A DNA stretch of 63,765 nucleotides, counting the filler, from Phoronis australis (taxonomy: Eukaryota; Animalia; Phoronida), in the NCBI GenBank assembly GCA_002633005.1. It is 4 parts of 4 records of this genome, joined end to end, with 100 filler letters (N's around TTAATTAATTAA, not from the genome) between each part and the next. Parts side by side here need not be neighbours in the genome. Positions count along the whole stretch, not along the records: positions 1 to 27,898 come from NMRA01001309.1; 3 more parts are not named here. One strand, 5' to 3'. Both the position numbers and the translations under genes were made by a program. The notes beneath the pieces are model-generated. The model searched no databases and had not been told where the DNA came from. It was given only the letters and a program-made list of their open reading frames with translations. Positions 12,794 to 25,149 of this stretch are shown here, piece after piece. Numbering within the stretch: the first letter of the stretch is position 1; each line of letters begins with the position of its first letter.

Positions 12794-15104
12794 TTAAAAT
12801 ATCCTTCATGATGCTGTACCAATAAGGTGGAAATGTAGTTATCAACAAGGCATTCATTGCCTCGTCATATGATTCGTCATTTGAGTCAAGTTTGTAAAAG
12901 AAGCCTACTTCAGAAGAAATGAGACGTTATACCATACTATTTAAATACATCCATGTCAACTGGCCTATATTGTTGTAACCGATAATTCAAGGCTTGTCAC
13001 TATTGTTAACAACTAACAAACCCCAGTGTTTTGACGATTGTGTTTTTAGATCTAGCTGGTTAGCTACAAGAAGGACTAGCCAATCAAAAAATGTGCATCA
13101 AAATTAACGTCAAAATACAGCCAGAAAACGCTGTGTGTTAGAGAGATGCAACGTCTCATTAAACAGTGAAAATTTAAATTTGTAGCAAACGCCACCTAGT
13201 GACCTCCTGGAGTACTGTGTGTACAACCATAAGGAAAAGAAACAATTTGTAAACAAATTGCAATGAAAACACACCAGATACACTTAAGAACAAGTGTAAA
13301 TATATAAAAACTCTAGTCTTTCCGAAGATTACGCAATAGTTATTTGATCGTTAGATAGGCAAATAATAAAAACTATGCCTTTTATTAGAGTAGCGATGAA
13401 AAATTACCACACTCATTTACCTAAAAATAGTCTCGTAAATGAGACTTTCACGAGACTGCAATAGTGACTGGTTCTCGTATGGTTTTCGGAACACCGGAAG
13501 ACCTGGGCTTGTTTTTAAATTATTACTTCAAGTCCATATTCGCAATTTGATGCGACTTTGCATCTTTAACCTCGAATAGACCTTTATGTTTCACACCGCC
13601 CGAGTCTTACTAGCCTTCATTTGGTGTAAAGCTTTCGGACAAATGTGGGTAACAAACAGGCCAAATAAAACCAGACACAAAATTAGTGTCATTAAAAACC
13701 ACACTGTTCCGTGAATGAACTAAGTTATTTGTCGATGTTAACCTGGCGTTCTACCGCTTCTGCTAACCGACGACATGAGATATAGCGTCACCTGTTGGCT
13801 AGATTCGACAATCACCTTGCTCATTACAGCCGTTTATTAAGTGAAAAACAATATAACCAACGTCATTTCATTGCGTCCCCTTGAAAACGTGCCACTTTGC
13901 TTAAATTCTTCTGCAGTGAGGCTGGCGAGCTTTTTCGAAGCATAAGTTGATCATAAATTCGGTTCACTAGTATCCAAAAAGTAGCTTATAACAAAGTGAA
14001 AACAGTTCTGACAATGTTTTTTGTGACATGTGAGCAACCGTGTTGAAAAAGAACAGCCGATTGAAGAATCGGCCGGAAAAATCAATTCAAAAGGTGACGC
14101 TTTATTGCATGGCGCTGAAAGGCGATATTTACTAAGATCGCACTACAAATTTAGCAGCAGAATAAGAGTATAATGGTAACTTGTTTAAAATCAGTAATAC
14201 AATGTACTCAAGGAAGAGTATTTTTAATGACACTAATTTTGCAACAGATTTTATTTGGCCACTGGATTATTTCGCCCACATCGGTCTAAAAACTGTTTTT
14301 TATACAGCTTTGCGCAAAAGTTACATTTTAGGTGAGGACAAACACTCGACTGCGTAACACGGTCCTTTTTCAGCGCAGCTGGTCAAGCCACTCGCCTCCC
14401 CGTAGAGTACAAAGATTTATTTCTATGAGAAAGGTAAGATTGATTGATGTTTTTACTGCGCAAAGATAACAATTCAACGACTTAACCGGATAACATGAGA
14501 GGAAATTGCGAGCTTTTCATTAAACAAGTCTAATCAATCTTATAATGCTAAACGTCAGAAAGGTACTCCCATCAAAGTGGGAGGAATTTCGTATTGATTA
14601 ATTGATTAATTGTCATCATGACCTCATGTCACAATCAAAAATTCACACATTTGAGCGTTTAACTTGCCATTGCTCTGTGAATCGAAGCCTAGATATACGG
14701 TCACAGAGTATCTAGTACGTGAACCAACACTAGCGGGCATGCTCTGACTGAAACGGCACAAAGATGAACAGAATTACGAGCATTCATCCCTGGAAACATT
14801 GAACAGTTGTTTGGAACTATTACAAAAAGCTGATTCGTTTTTTTTTCAAAATTTGCGAGGACGGTGACACGGTCGACTTCCTCAAACTGTTGAACCACGT
14901 GACGTTCGGGCACCGCCTTTCTCTCAAGTTTACTTTGCCCAGGATAATTTTACAGTTCAGACATTATGTTGAACATCGCAATACTTTCTTAACAGTTACC
15001 CTCCCAAAAACTATGCTGATTATCAGTTATAATTATTTCATAGTCTGGCTTTCAAAGCAGATTTGTCTATCTAGCTATGCGAATTTGAGGCAAACTTGGC
15101 GCCA

Positions 15105-15830
15105 CAGGTCCCAGTGGATGTGATCCCACTCGAAGGGGAAAGAAGACCGGAATTTCCTGAAATGGGTATCATAAAACAAGGCTGCAGAAAGGCCGTAGTG
15201 TTTGTTGCAGTCATGAACTATGGTCGAATACTTTGGGAGCTTAGGGGCATCCTGTGGAAACTTCTGGACCAGGATGTACTGGAAAATATTGAAGACCTGG
15301 GTGCACTGAAGAATGGATGAGATGACCTTTGGACGTGCGGAGCTGGAAAAGACTGGAGTGTTACCGGTGAAGGAGATGGAGACAGAGGGAGTGGAGGAGG
15401 CAGATGGCTCACCTGAAAGGAGAGAAGGAAAGTCAATGAACTCGTTGTTGAAGATGCGTTGACGAGTTTTGGAGTCGACATGAAACCCCAGAGGCAATGA
15501 CACATACAAATTATTTGAAGAAGGGTCAATACCCGAAAAAGACGGAGTGGTAGTCGCTTCGGAGGCTGAAGGTGGGGCAGTGAACGTCGGCTGGGAGGGG
15601 TAGATCGGTGGTGACGGGTCCAGCGGCTGGCTAACGGTGGGCGGCGGAGCGGCAGAATCTGCGTCATAGAGTCGTTTCAATTCTGCAGCCAGCTTAGCAT
15701 AGTCAATGACAGGCGGCGATGGCTGGATTTCGGATGTTGCTTGTGGCGCTGGTGGAGGACGCGCGAAGGGACTTGCAGACTTGCGGGTGGATGCCCTGGT
15801 GGCTTTCTCGGGTGCCTTGCTGGAAAAGGA
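15105..15830 (-). mobile_element. Ngaro/DIRS gag-like ORF1, 3'-truncated
   Basis: A Pro/Ser-rich N-terminus is followed by PLGFHVDSKTRQRIFNNEFIDFPSLL and ISSILQC..VFNIF..I..QKFPQ..PKLPKYSTIV.....YG...LFYDTHFRKFR, motifs typical of DIRS/Ngaro gag (within ORF 15075-15977). Confidence 0.75.
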
Positions 15831-16440
15831 AAAACATACTGAGTAGACCACCGGGGAAAAACCCAGGGTGGCGACCCCTGGGCGGGGACAACCGCCAAAG
15901 GGAAATGAGTAAAAAATGGGAAGTACAGGGGATATAAGCACCCCGAGAGGGAAGACAGAACCTCGTCGTGGAAACACCGCCGAAAGTAGTGGTTAGAACA
16001 AGGTATTGTAAGGCCCCCTGCAGGCAAACCGCCNNNNNNNNNNNNNNNNNNNNNNNNNNNNNNNNNNNNNNNNNNNNNNNNNNNNNNNNNNNNNNNNNNN
16101 NNNNNNNNNNNNNNNNNNNNNNNNNNNNNNNNNNNNNNNNNNNNNNNNNNNNNNNNNNNNNNNNNNNNNNNNNNNNNNNNNNNNNNNNNNNNNNNNNNNN
16201 NNNNNNNNNNNNNNNNNNNNNNNNNNNNNNNNNNNNNNNNNNNNNNNNNNNNNNNNNNNNNNNNNNNNNNNNNNNNNNNNNNNNNNNNNNNNNNNNNNNN
16301 NNNNNNNNNNNNNNNNNNNNNNNNNNNNNNNNNNNNNNNNNNNNNNNNNNNNNNNNNNNNNNNNNNNNNNNNNNNNNNNNNNNNNNNNNNNNNNNNNNNN
16401 NCAGGAATAACTGGAAGGAAAGGGGAGGGGTGGGGCGGGA

Positions 16441-16660
16441 CTAGAGGGTGAGAAGGCCCAGTTCGCGAAGGTGGTGACCAATGGCCACGCGAATGCTGAG
16501 GGCGTGTTTATAAAGGCCCGAGTGGTTAAAGTTGATCCCGTCCGGGCGGTAGAGGTGGTTGGGGTTAGCCCAAAAACCTCCCTTGTGAGTCCAAAAATAA
16601 ATGTGGGGCTCGTGGGACAGGAGGGATTTAAGGGATGAGTTGAAGGCGAGAACGAAAGCG
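16441..16660 (-). mobile_element. C-terminal part of an SGNH/GDSL hydrolase ORF of Ngaro type
   Basis: The reverse strand reads AFVLAFNSSLKSLLSHEPHIYFWTHKGGFWANPNHLYRPDGINFNHSGLYKHALSIRVAIGHHLRELGLLTL*. This resembles the SGNH block V region (DGxH motif, here DGIN). Confidence 0.65.
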
Positions 16661-16949
16661 CCTCCCGGCGTGTAATCGGTGAAACGCTCGTCCTGTTGAG
16701 TAAAAAATTAATTAAAGATCTAGACGGATAAGAGAGTCCATCTGGGTCAGAAAAAGTGGCTCAGTCATAAACAGGAACAGTGGACGATATGAGATGTCTA
16801 AAATTTTGGAACAGCCTGATCATCACGCCACCTATTGTCCAACAACGTCAGACGATGGCTGCTTATAGGAGCCGAAACTGTAGTGGTATTATGCTTTTCT
16901 GGTCTTGAAAATAAGAAAATATCAAAGAGTAAGTAATGCTTGAAACGCC

Positions 16950-19900
16950 GTGTTTTGTCATGAGTAAAAAATCCCGCGTCATTTTAAGTCGTCTCAGGTG
17001 GATTGCATTTTTGAAAAAATGAGCAATTAAAAATACCGCACCGCCGACCAGATTCTCAAAGAAACATAGACCAGAATAGACCATGCCTTTTTATTTGGCC
17101 TAACCTGTTCAATACTACAGTCCGTTGCCAGCCTCACGTTTGTTGTGCGTGTAGCAATTACAGGCAAGTCAACCTTCACGGGCATTCTTATTATTAGCGT
17201 TCTTTTGTCATTAACACAAATCTTCCCTTACCATCTGCATTTCTTTTCTCATTAACCGCAATTTCGTTCCGATATTACCAGAGTTAACCACGCTGAGCAT
17301 AGACATGTAAACGATCTCTATTACTCAGAAACAGACTTTCATTTGCTTAAGTGACTCGCCTGAGAGCACCTTCTGTTGTAGCGTGAGCGCAACATGCTGG
17401 TACATTTGACTTCAGCGCCATCTATATATCAACAACATACCCACGTTCTCGTGTGGGAATTCCGACCGCAACCATTGGAGTCGTTATAACATTTTCAAGC
17501 CACAATTACGCTAGCATGTCTTCGAACAAAAAATGGTTACATTCTACAAAAAAAAGGTTACTCTTTTTATGGTTCAAATTATTTGCTTTTGCATCCAGTT
17601 ATAATTCTCCAGATACTTTCACTCACAAAATAGACAAAAATTGTTGATTTGTCACTTAACCCTTCCTGATAATGTCTTCCTGATAAAACAGTGTTGCAGC
17701 ACACGAGAAAAGGACTGCATTTCATGAGAAGTGTATACACGAAAAAAGGATGTTCCTGAAAGAGGAATTGTGTCTACTCTGAAATAATGTCGGTGAAACC
17801 AGTCTTTTTATGCACTGTATATCTGCAGCCATATTTTAGCATTAAAATTATTTTTGTCTGGGTTAATATTGAGTTCTTATAATCAAGCTGCCATGACCTG
17901 AATCAGTCGCTTGAGTAAACAGCTCCAAAATTATTTCATCAAGTATTGATTGTTTAGTTCCCAGTTCAAATGTCTGTAATGTTGACCTACGGTAGTAGAA
18001 TACAGTCTTGCCGTAACTAATAACGCTCCTAGCTTTACCATCCCTTTGTAGCGTGACGAAAACACCCAACGAAGTATCAAGTGTGATATTCAGTGTTAGT
18101 GAAAACTGTGAGAGACTGTGAGCATACATGTATACTGTACACCAATTGGGCACGAACCTGATTGAAAAAATCATTACGGTGGAAGAGGCTCGGAGTCTAC
18201 TGAAACAGCTTGGTTATAATATGCCCGATTATTGGTCAGAACAATGAAGCCAAGAAATGCAGCAACTAAGGGTGGGCGTCTCAGCAAGCTCACATATTGG
18301 TGTTTTCATCGGTATGGTTGTCATCAGTATGATTTTCTACCAAACAAACAGTGTTCCAGTATTCTCTGCAGTCTTTTTAATTGTGAAAGTAACGAAACCT
18401 ATCAATTGACGTGACTTTCCATATCAATGCAATGAGTGAGGAACTTGATTGAATTGTCGGCTTGTACGAAGTCGGCTGCGAACTGTAAGTCAAAACAAGG
18501 CACTCTCCAGTTCGTATAGCAGACGCTTGTGCCCTCTTTTCATCTCAGGAAACTTGTAAAAGGAACGAGAATGGAAATGTGAATATGGCCGGACTTCCAT
18601 CACGGTGACAGGATGCCTGACAAGGTACACTTGAAAGTAAGTTGGCATAGGACTTTAAGGTGTGCGATTTTTCGTAAAGATGCTTTGGCAGGAATTTGGA
18701 ATTAATCTCTTGCTTGCCCGCAGCAGACGGCACTGGCTGTGGTAGTAACGTGTGTGTGAAATCTTTCGAGTGAAATTCAATACATAAACGGATTGTTTAT
18801 AAAATTCCAGTGTTTTTATTACACCAGTGTGTGTTTCTTCTGCTTATAAGTGTTTTTATACGTTCGCGTAGGAATACCATAGCACACACATGGTCACCAG
18901 CCCAACAGTATATTGCACAACAAACAGATATGACGCATAAGAGCATTTTACAGAAGACTTCTGATACGGAATGCTGTTCTAAACACTGCTAATTCTTAAA
19001 GGGAATACTCGTGACCACACCTCGTGAACTTTAAACAGTCAGAGTAATTACTGTTAATCAGTTGTAGGATAACCAGTTGCCTAATTTCGCAATACTACAA
19101 ACTCCCGTGTTAAAATGAAGCTCATCTTCAATCTCAAATACGTTGAATTTTTTCATAATGGACAAATTCTAAGTTCGTGATGAACAGTCCTTCTTCCTCG
19201 TTCGATTTCAGGAGAATGGTTTGAACATCGAAGTTTTGATGAATTTATTCACATTTTAAAACCTTCAAATACTCGGCCCCTTCTAAATTGTTATGTAAAT
19301 CACAAAATAGGAATAATTTATTACTGTTTGACACACTGCTCTTACAATCCAGAAAGGAGCAATCTTTCACTGAATATTTTAACAAACGTGTCGATCTTGC
19401 CCACGCTGTACATCAACCAAACATCACCGAAGCAGTAGTTGTACAATTCTCTTACATTTGTAGTCCCCGTTCTTCTACCATTGTCGTCCAGACTTTTCAA
19501 ATAAGCGTATCTATACTCTGGCATTACTTGTAGTTTAACCAGTAAGTGATGCATTTAGTAAAGTAACAAGTATAATGAGGACATCCCTATAATTCACCAA
19601 ACACTGCTCTATTGGTGTTATTAGTTCCTACTCTTAAAATGAACTTACAAAATTTAACTTGAACACGTTCTGTCACACTGTATGGTTGTAAACCAAAAAC
19701 CTCGCAACCGTAATATAAGAAAGGGGCTATGACTTTGTTAAAAATCTCTTTGACACCTCGAAGTCGCTAAGTTCATAAATTGTTTTAACAAATGTTCGTT
19801 CTAATTTTCGTCAATTTTAGAATAACCTCACAGCCATAGATGCGTTGCGACCATCGGCGTAGAACGCAATTCTGCTTCTTATTGGGTGTTACTATTGCTC

Positions 19901-22297
19901 AAAATTTCAATTTGGTACAAATACCACCAACGTGTAGAGATGACAGTACGTTGGCGATAGGTTTGCAGTATTAAAATCATAACCGTCGTAATTCCACGTC
20001 CTTTTCCATAGATGTTGCTTGGTCACTTGACTTTAAACGTACAAAAATCAAACCATTCAGTGTTGAGATACGACGCCTATTAAACACCACCAATCTTATC
20101 GGACGTTTAGGTGGAATGATTTTCGTACGTGGTTTATTGACATCCATCACGAGCAAGTCCAGTAAGTCGCAGACATCTTCCAAGAGCGCCAAATCCAACA
20201 GATACGTATGGTAGTCGGTCATTTTCTTGNCGTGGTTGCGCTGCACGCGAAACAAGATGGCGGACGAACTTTGGAGCCTGACGAAAATAGGTAACCGGAC
20301 GATATATGTTATCGAAATTTCATATGCTCTTGGCCTCTGATCGTAAACGATTGTATATTTTCGTGTTGTGTTACCCATGACTCGCAATTATAGTGACGCG
20401 CCTGCATGTCCAACGAAAGACATAAATGAAGACGCGGTCTTGCAGAAAAAAAATTAGCGAAAGGATTCTGTTTGCTAGTTTGTCACATTCACGTTAGATG
20501 CAACAACTCGTTGAAACCTCAGATGTCGATATCTACTGTTACGCAACTGAACAGTATAAAGCCAAGTTGCATGAACGACTTGCGACAGACGTGTTGAATA
20601 CCGTTTTAACTAATGCTTTGTTATGTCCCAACGTCATGGATACTGTAACCATTCTAAACCTAACAACAACGAAGATTGCTTTTCTGACCATTGGCGTGTT
20701 TTTGTACATTTCTCTGTTCTGTTTGATAGCAAAGAACCTTAAGGAAAACCTGCAGGTCGTTCAAGCACTCCTACTTCAATGGATACTTTCCACGTTCTTG
20801 CGCTACTCTGCAGTCATCCTCAAGACAGTCATCCAGTTCGATGTAGAGAACAGCACAGCAGTTAACTTAACAGAAAATGTGATCCTGAATATGGGATGCG
20901 AATTAAAGTTTTGTTCAAATATCATCACCTTGTCTTCATTTGCTGTATTGTGCTACCAATTCTTCTTAGCCGTGGACCGCCCGTTTGTCTTTAAGGAAAA
21001 TCGAAACCGACTCCGATACATCATTAAGTGGCTCAGTTGTCCAACTATTTACGGACTTCTCGTTGTTGGTTTTCGACGACTTCTCCACGTAATAAGGAGC
21101 ATCGGGTCTATCCGTTTGCTGCACTTCTACGATGACACCATCGTCTGCACCTGTCATTTTACTTCAGTCCGTGTTGTCTCTATGCTTGCAGCACTAGTGC
21201 CGCCTTTACTGGCATGTATAATTTGCACGATGAAGATTTATAAAAGAAAAACAACAGTTCGGCCATTTGACATGAGCGCAGGAGAACGTATTCGAGCCAA
21301 GAATCTTGTCATCTTCAAACGAATGTTTCCAATATTCGCCATATCTTTTGTAGGAGCTTGCGCAAACGGTTTACTTGTGGCTCCGCAAATTCAAATTAAT
21401 CACCAGCTTGTGGAAATTGTTAATGAAATATTGTTTTGGATCCTGCCCTTAGCCATACTGGTCGACATGTTCAAGGGATGTGTAGAAAAACACAAGGCAG
21501 CAAAAACCAACAGCTCATTATCCCACAACACAAAACGTCGTGTAGCCCTAGTAACGTGCACTCTTCGCCGGCGCTATCTTGAAGATTTTGCGTAACGGAT
21601 GCTATCAAGTAAACTTTCGTTTCAAAAGATGTTTTTCCTCTTTACTTCAGACAATCTTAATTAAGCAGTAAAATAAACTTATCAAATTGACAGTCGTTGG
21701 ATAAGTATATGCGCCGCGCATGCTATACAAAAGGCGTGATGAAAAAGTGGGTTATTGTACTTCACGATTCGTGGTCTGCAAGCCGATTTAAACTCAGTCG
21801 AAATTAGTCGCACATTAACAACGATTATTTTAAGATTCACATTTACCGAATTACAGTTTATTTCTTTTGCTTGGGATTGTAATAACTATTTCTTTTTGCG
21901 TATTCGCGCATTAGTGTTGTTTACGATAACAACAAATGGCTCCCTCGGGGTCTCTGAAGTCATATAAAAAACTTTATTTCGCTCATTTTTACCGAATTTT
22001 CTTCTAAATCTCCATCAATTTTCAATCATTATCAAGTCGCCTTTGCGACTATTGGTGTACTTTTTGCCTTCTTTTTGGGTGGAACTGTTGTTCACTATCA
22101 TTCTGTATTTTATGTCTGTCCGTGAGCACAGAGAGCGTTGTTCTCCTGAAGACCATGCGACTTGATATCACCCTTGGATCGGTCTGTATTACATATTTCC
22201 TGTGATTACAGTGTTTTGGCTCGCTAGTTATTGCAGTTACCAAGATTACCCGTTTTCGGGTGAGCAGCTATGATAGCTTAACGATGAATCTATTTTG
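16950..22297 (+). repeat. Segmental duplication copy B (with ~2.7 kb of extra sequence at ~17270-20025)
   Basis: Colinear with 2527-5654. Confidence 0.85.
20636..21595 (+). CDS. Intronless rhodopsin-like 7TM GPCR, copy 2 (319 aa from MDTV; open frame extends to an ATG at 20498)
   Basis: Paralog of 3981-4901 with an identical TM3-ICL2 core (FCSNIITLSSFAVLCYQFFLAVDRPFVFKENRNRLRYIIKWL). Confidence 0.75.
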   Translation: MDTVTILNLTTTKIAFLTIGVFLYISLFCLIAKNLKENLQVVQALLLQWILSTFLRYSAVILKTVIQFDVENSTAVNLTENVILNMGCELKFCSNIITLSSFAVLCYQFFLAVDRPFVFKENRNRLRYIIKWLSCPTIYGLLVVGFRRLLHVIRSIGSIRLLHFYDDTIVCTCHFTSVRVVSMLAALVPPLLACIICTMKIYKRKTTVRPFDMSAGERIRAKNLVIFKRMFPIFAISFVGACANGLLVAPQIQINHQLVEIVNEILFWILPLAILVDMFKGCVEKHKAAKTNSSLSHNTKRRVALVTCTLRRRYLEDFA

Positions 22298-24636
22298 TCT
22301 ATGGCTAGAACCCATTCCTCGTATAGTCCGTGGGATCAGATCTAGTGTGGAAATGACCCGTCTGCCTCTGCAGTTCCTACGTTCGGGTTTGTAACATCTA
22401 CCTGTCGTCTGGTCACTTCGATGGCCTGTCGCTATTTGTTCCGTGATCACCCTTGCGTCTTTCGTTCATGAGTGCGTGTGTTTAACAGGCACTCAGCTGT
22501 CCAGCGTACGAGCTTGTCATTGTTTGCGAGTCCTGTGAATGTAAAGAGTTAAGATGACACTGATAAGTGAAACTATGTTACAAATAACGATTAGATAACT
22601 CGCTTAGATTTTTCATTGGAAATCATTTTTTACGCATCTCCACCGATAAAAAACATGGGATATATCTCCCCCATTTGCATATACGAGCCCCATCATTGGT
22701 TGTCACAATCCGTCGTAATAGAATATTGGGACAGTGTCAAAATATTTCTGGATCAATATACGTGTTGTAGTGTAGATGGAAGAGCAACCTTGTTACCGAA
22801 AGATTCCTACTGTACAACAGTATGGAGATGGAAAGCGACGGCGACGGTGATCAGAGCAGTGTCCTTTGACTCCCGAATCTAAGAACCAGGTATTGCAGTC
22901 AATCTCTAACACCCGACTCGTTAGTATTGCCGGTAGGAGACCAAGTGCTAAATTTCCAGCATGTTTTAACAATTGATAAGTAACTCCTAACCAATAGTTA
23001 ATTAATGACTGCAATGAAGACTGAAATTCTAGACAGTTAACTCTGTTGTTTTGGTGTCGTGTAGTGTCCAATTATCGAAAATGTATTGCCTTCAAACGTG
23101 AAAAAACAAGACTCATCAACATGGGGTAAAGGAATGTGATGCTTCAGTGCGCCGAACAATTTAAAGTGCTGCCACAGAGATCTAACAACAAATGATTTTG
23201 AGTATTCTTTGAGTGATCTTGCATCCAGAAAGATTGACACAACCATGCCATCAGTCTCGCTGAGGAATTTTCAATATACAATGTACGTTCTCGAAAGTTC
23301 GGCACACAGAAATAAAACTGACTGCAAACTGAACAAACGTTGCCTACAATCCGAATAAGCCAAACCCATAGACAGTGTTCTGGGGATTTTTTTACCTAAC
23401 TTGCCAATTTCCCGCGTCGGTTCCAGCTCGTTCCACTGAATTTTCGAAGGAGTCTCGACCTACTTTGATACAGTCAATGTCCATTATTGGGCTTATTCGT
23501 GGTATAATCGAATTTCATGTTCTCAGAATGCTAAAAGAGTATTATCTAATGTTCCGTGTTATAGGCTATTATCACTCTTAGTTTTAAGGCATAGGCCCAA
23601 CAAGATTAGTTCATTTCAAATTTTAAACATTAGACATTTTTAAAATTACTTGAAACGTAATTTCACTTGATAATATATGCATCTGATAAACACATGGGCA
23701 TTTTGCCGCTGTTTAAGAGTCAATGGTGAATTCGTAACCTAAACTCTTTGGAGTTTACTGAAAAACATTACCACCCACATCCAATCTTGAATTGTCTCCG
23801 AATGAGGTCGCATTTCAACTGAATGCAATGCGTACATGACCATTTTCGAATTCGCAACTTTAGAGTTGGTCAACTCCAATAAACTCAGAACGCTTTCTTG
23901 AGTCGTTGATGGTTTTCGGTGTTGTTGGTAACGGATTTAAAGGTCTATCGCAATGAGGATTGTTATGACAACCGATTTTATGAGCATAAGTGGATATGTG
24001 TACATGTATGTTGATAGTTGTCGCAATGTAACAAAATAAAAGAATTTGAAAAGATTTGCTGCTTTCTAGCACTGAACCACAGACCAAAACGATTCCCTTG
24101 ACCTCAGTATTATTAACTGCCATTCAGTCTTTGCTATCAAGAAAATCGTGACAATGTAGCTAACTTCGAAGAAACATTCTCCGTCCACGGCGTTCACACG
24201 TCCGCCTGAGAAAATTTTTCATGTGAACGTGCGTCATGCAGACGTCCGACTTGCCTTTTTATTATCGTCAGACCTCAAACAAGGCTGCAGAAACGTTTTC
24301 GGTTTGAGGGCCGCATTTTTGGAGGGGGGAGGGGTGGGGCCATCGAACGCACCCCCATTTTGCGAATTGGGCAAAAAGGTCCGCCTCAATGAAACAAAAC
24401 GTCCGAGTAAACGAGACAAAAGTCCACAAAATTCCACAGGAAGTCGGCGCGGATGCACAATTTTTGGGCCTGAACCTGGCGGCCCGTTTTTTAATCCTCG
24501 TTGATTTTTTAAGTGAAAGGTACGCATATCGAAAAATTCGAGCACCCCTATATTTTAGGCTGGGTGCACACATGCACTCAGTCAACCAAAATAATCAAAT
24601 GTCTTATCTGCTATCCAAGCTGAAGGACTCTCCACT

Positions 24637-25149
24637 TGTTGGATGACAGTCCTGTCGGTGAATCTTCTAACTACACACATTGTATTGCTGCAGTGTACTT
24701 GCTGGTCACAGTCTCTGGTGACGCAACTCTTGCAAGCAGTATCTTCTATCCACGATTTTTCTTGCTGGTCACAGTCTCTGGTGACGCAACACTTCAGACA
24801 GTATCTTACTACCCACGATGTGAGTGACAAGCTCCTAGGTACTTCGTTAACCCTTGCCCTTGCCAAGATCCTCCTTAGAGTTTTCCACGAGATGGCTCTG
24901 TTGTACAATTTCCTCTATACACTGTAGTAAGTGTTTTAGCTTCAACTGCTATAGCGCATCTGAATATCCTCTTAAGTTCAACCAAAGTTGCAATAATCTA
25001 CTTATTTAGCGATTGGCTAATAAAAATCACATGATCTTATCTAATCATATAATTGGCTGTTGCGATTTTCTCTCAGAAATTTCTAGAATCTCTAGAGTGC
25101 TTTGACCCCAGAACCAAAATAGACTTTGACGTTAAAATAAATGTCAACA
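24637..25149 (-). mobile_element. Possible solo LTR
   Basis: TGTTG...CAACA termini. The minus strand shows CCAAT boxes, a TATA-like motif and AATACA near the 3' end. Internal 30-bp duplication CTTGCTGGTCACAGTCTCTGGTGACGCAAC. No TSD found. Confidence 0.4.

Noticed and set aside
24582-24908. Cys-rich repeat ORF CVTRDCDQQ
   Set aside because: It arises from a 30-bp duplication in a probable LTR and lacks splice or domain support.
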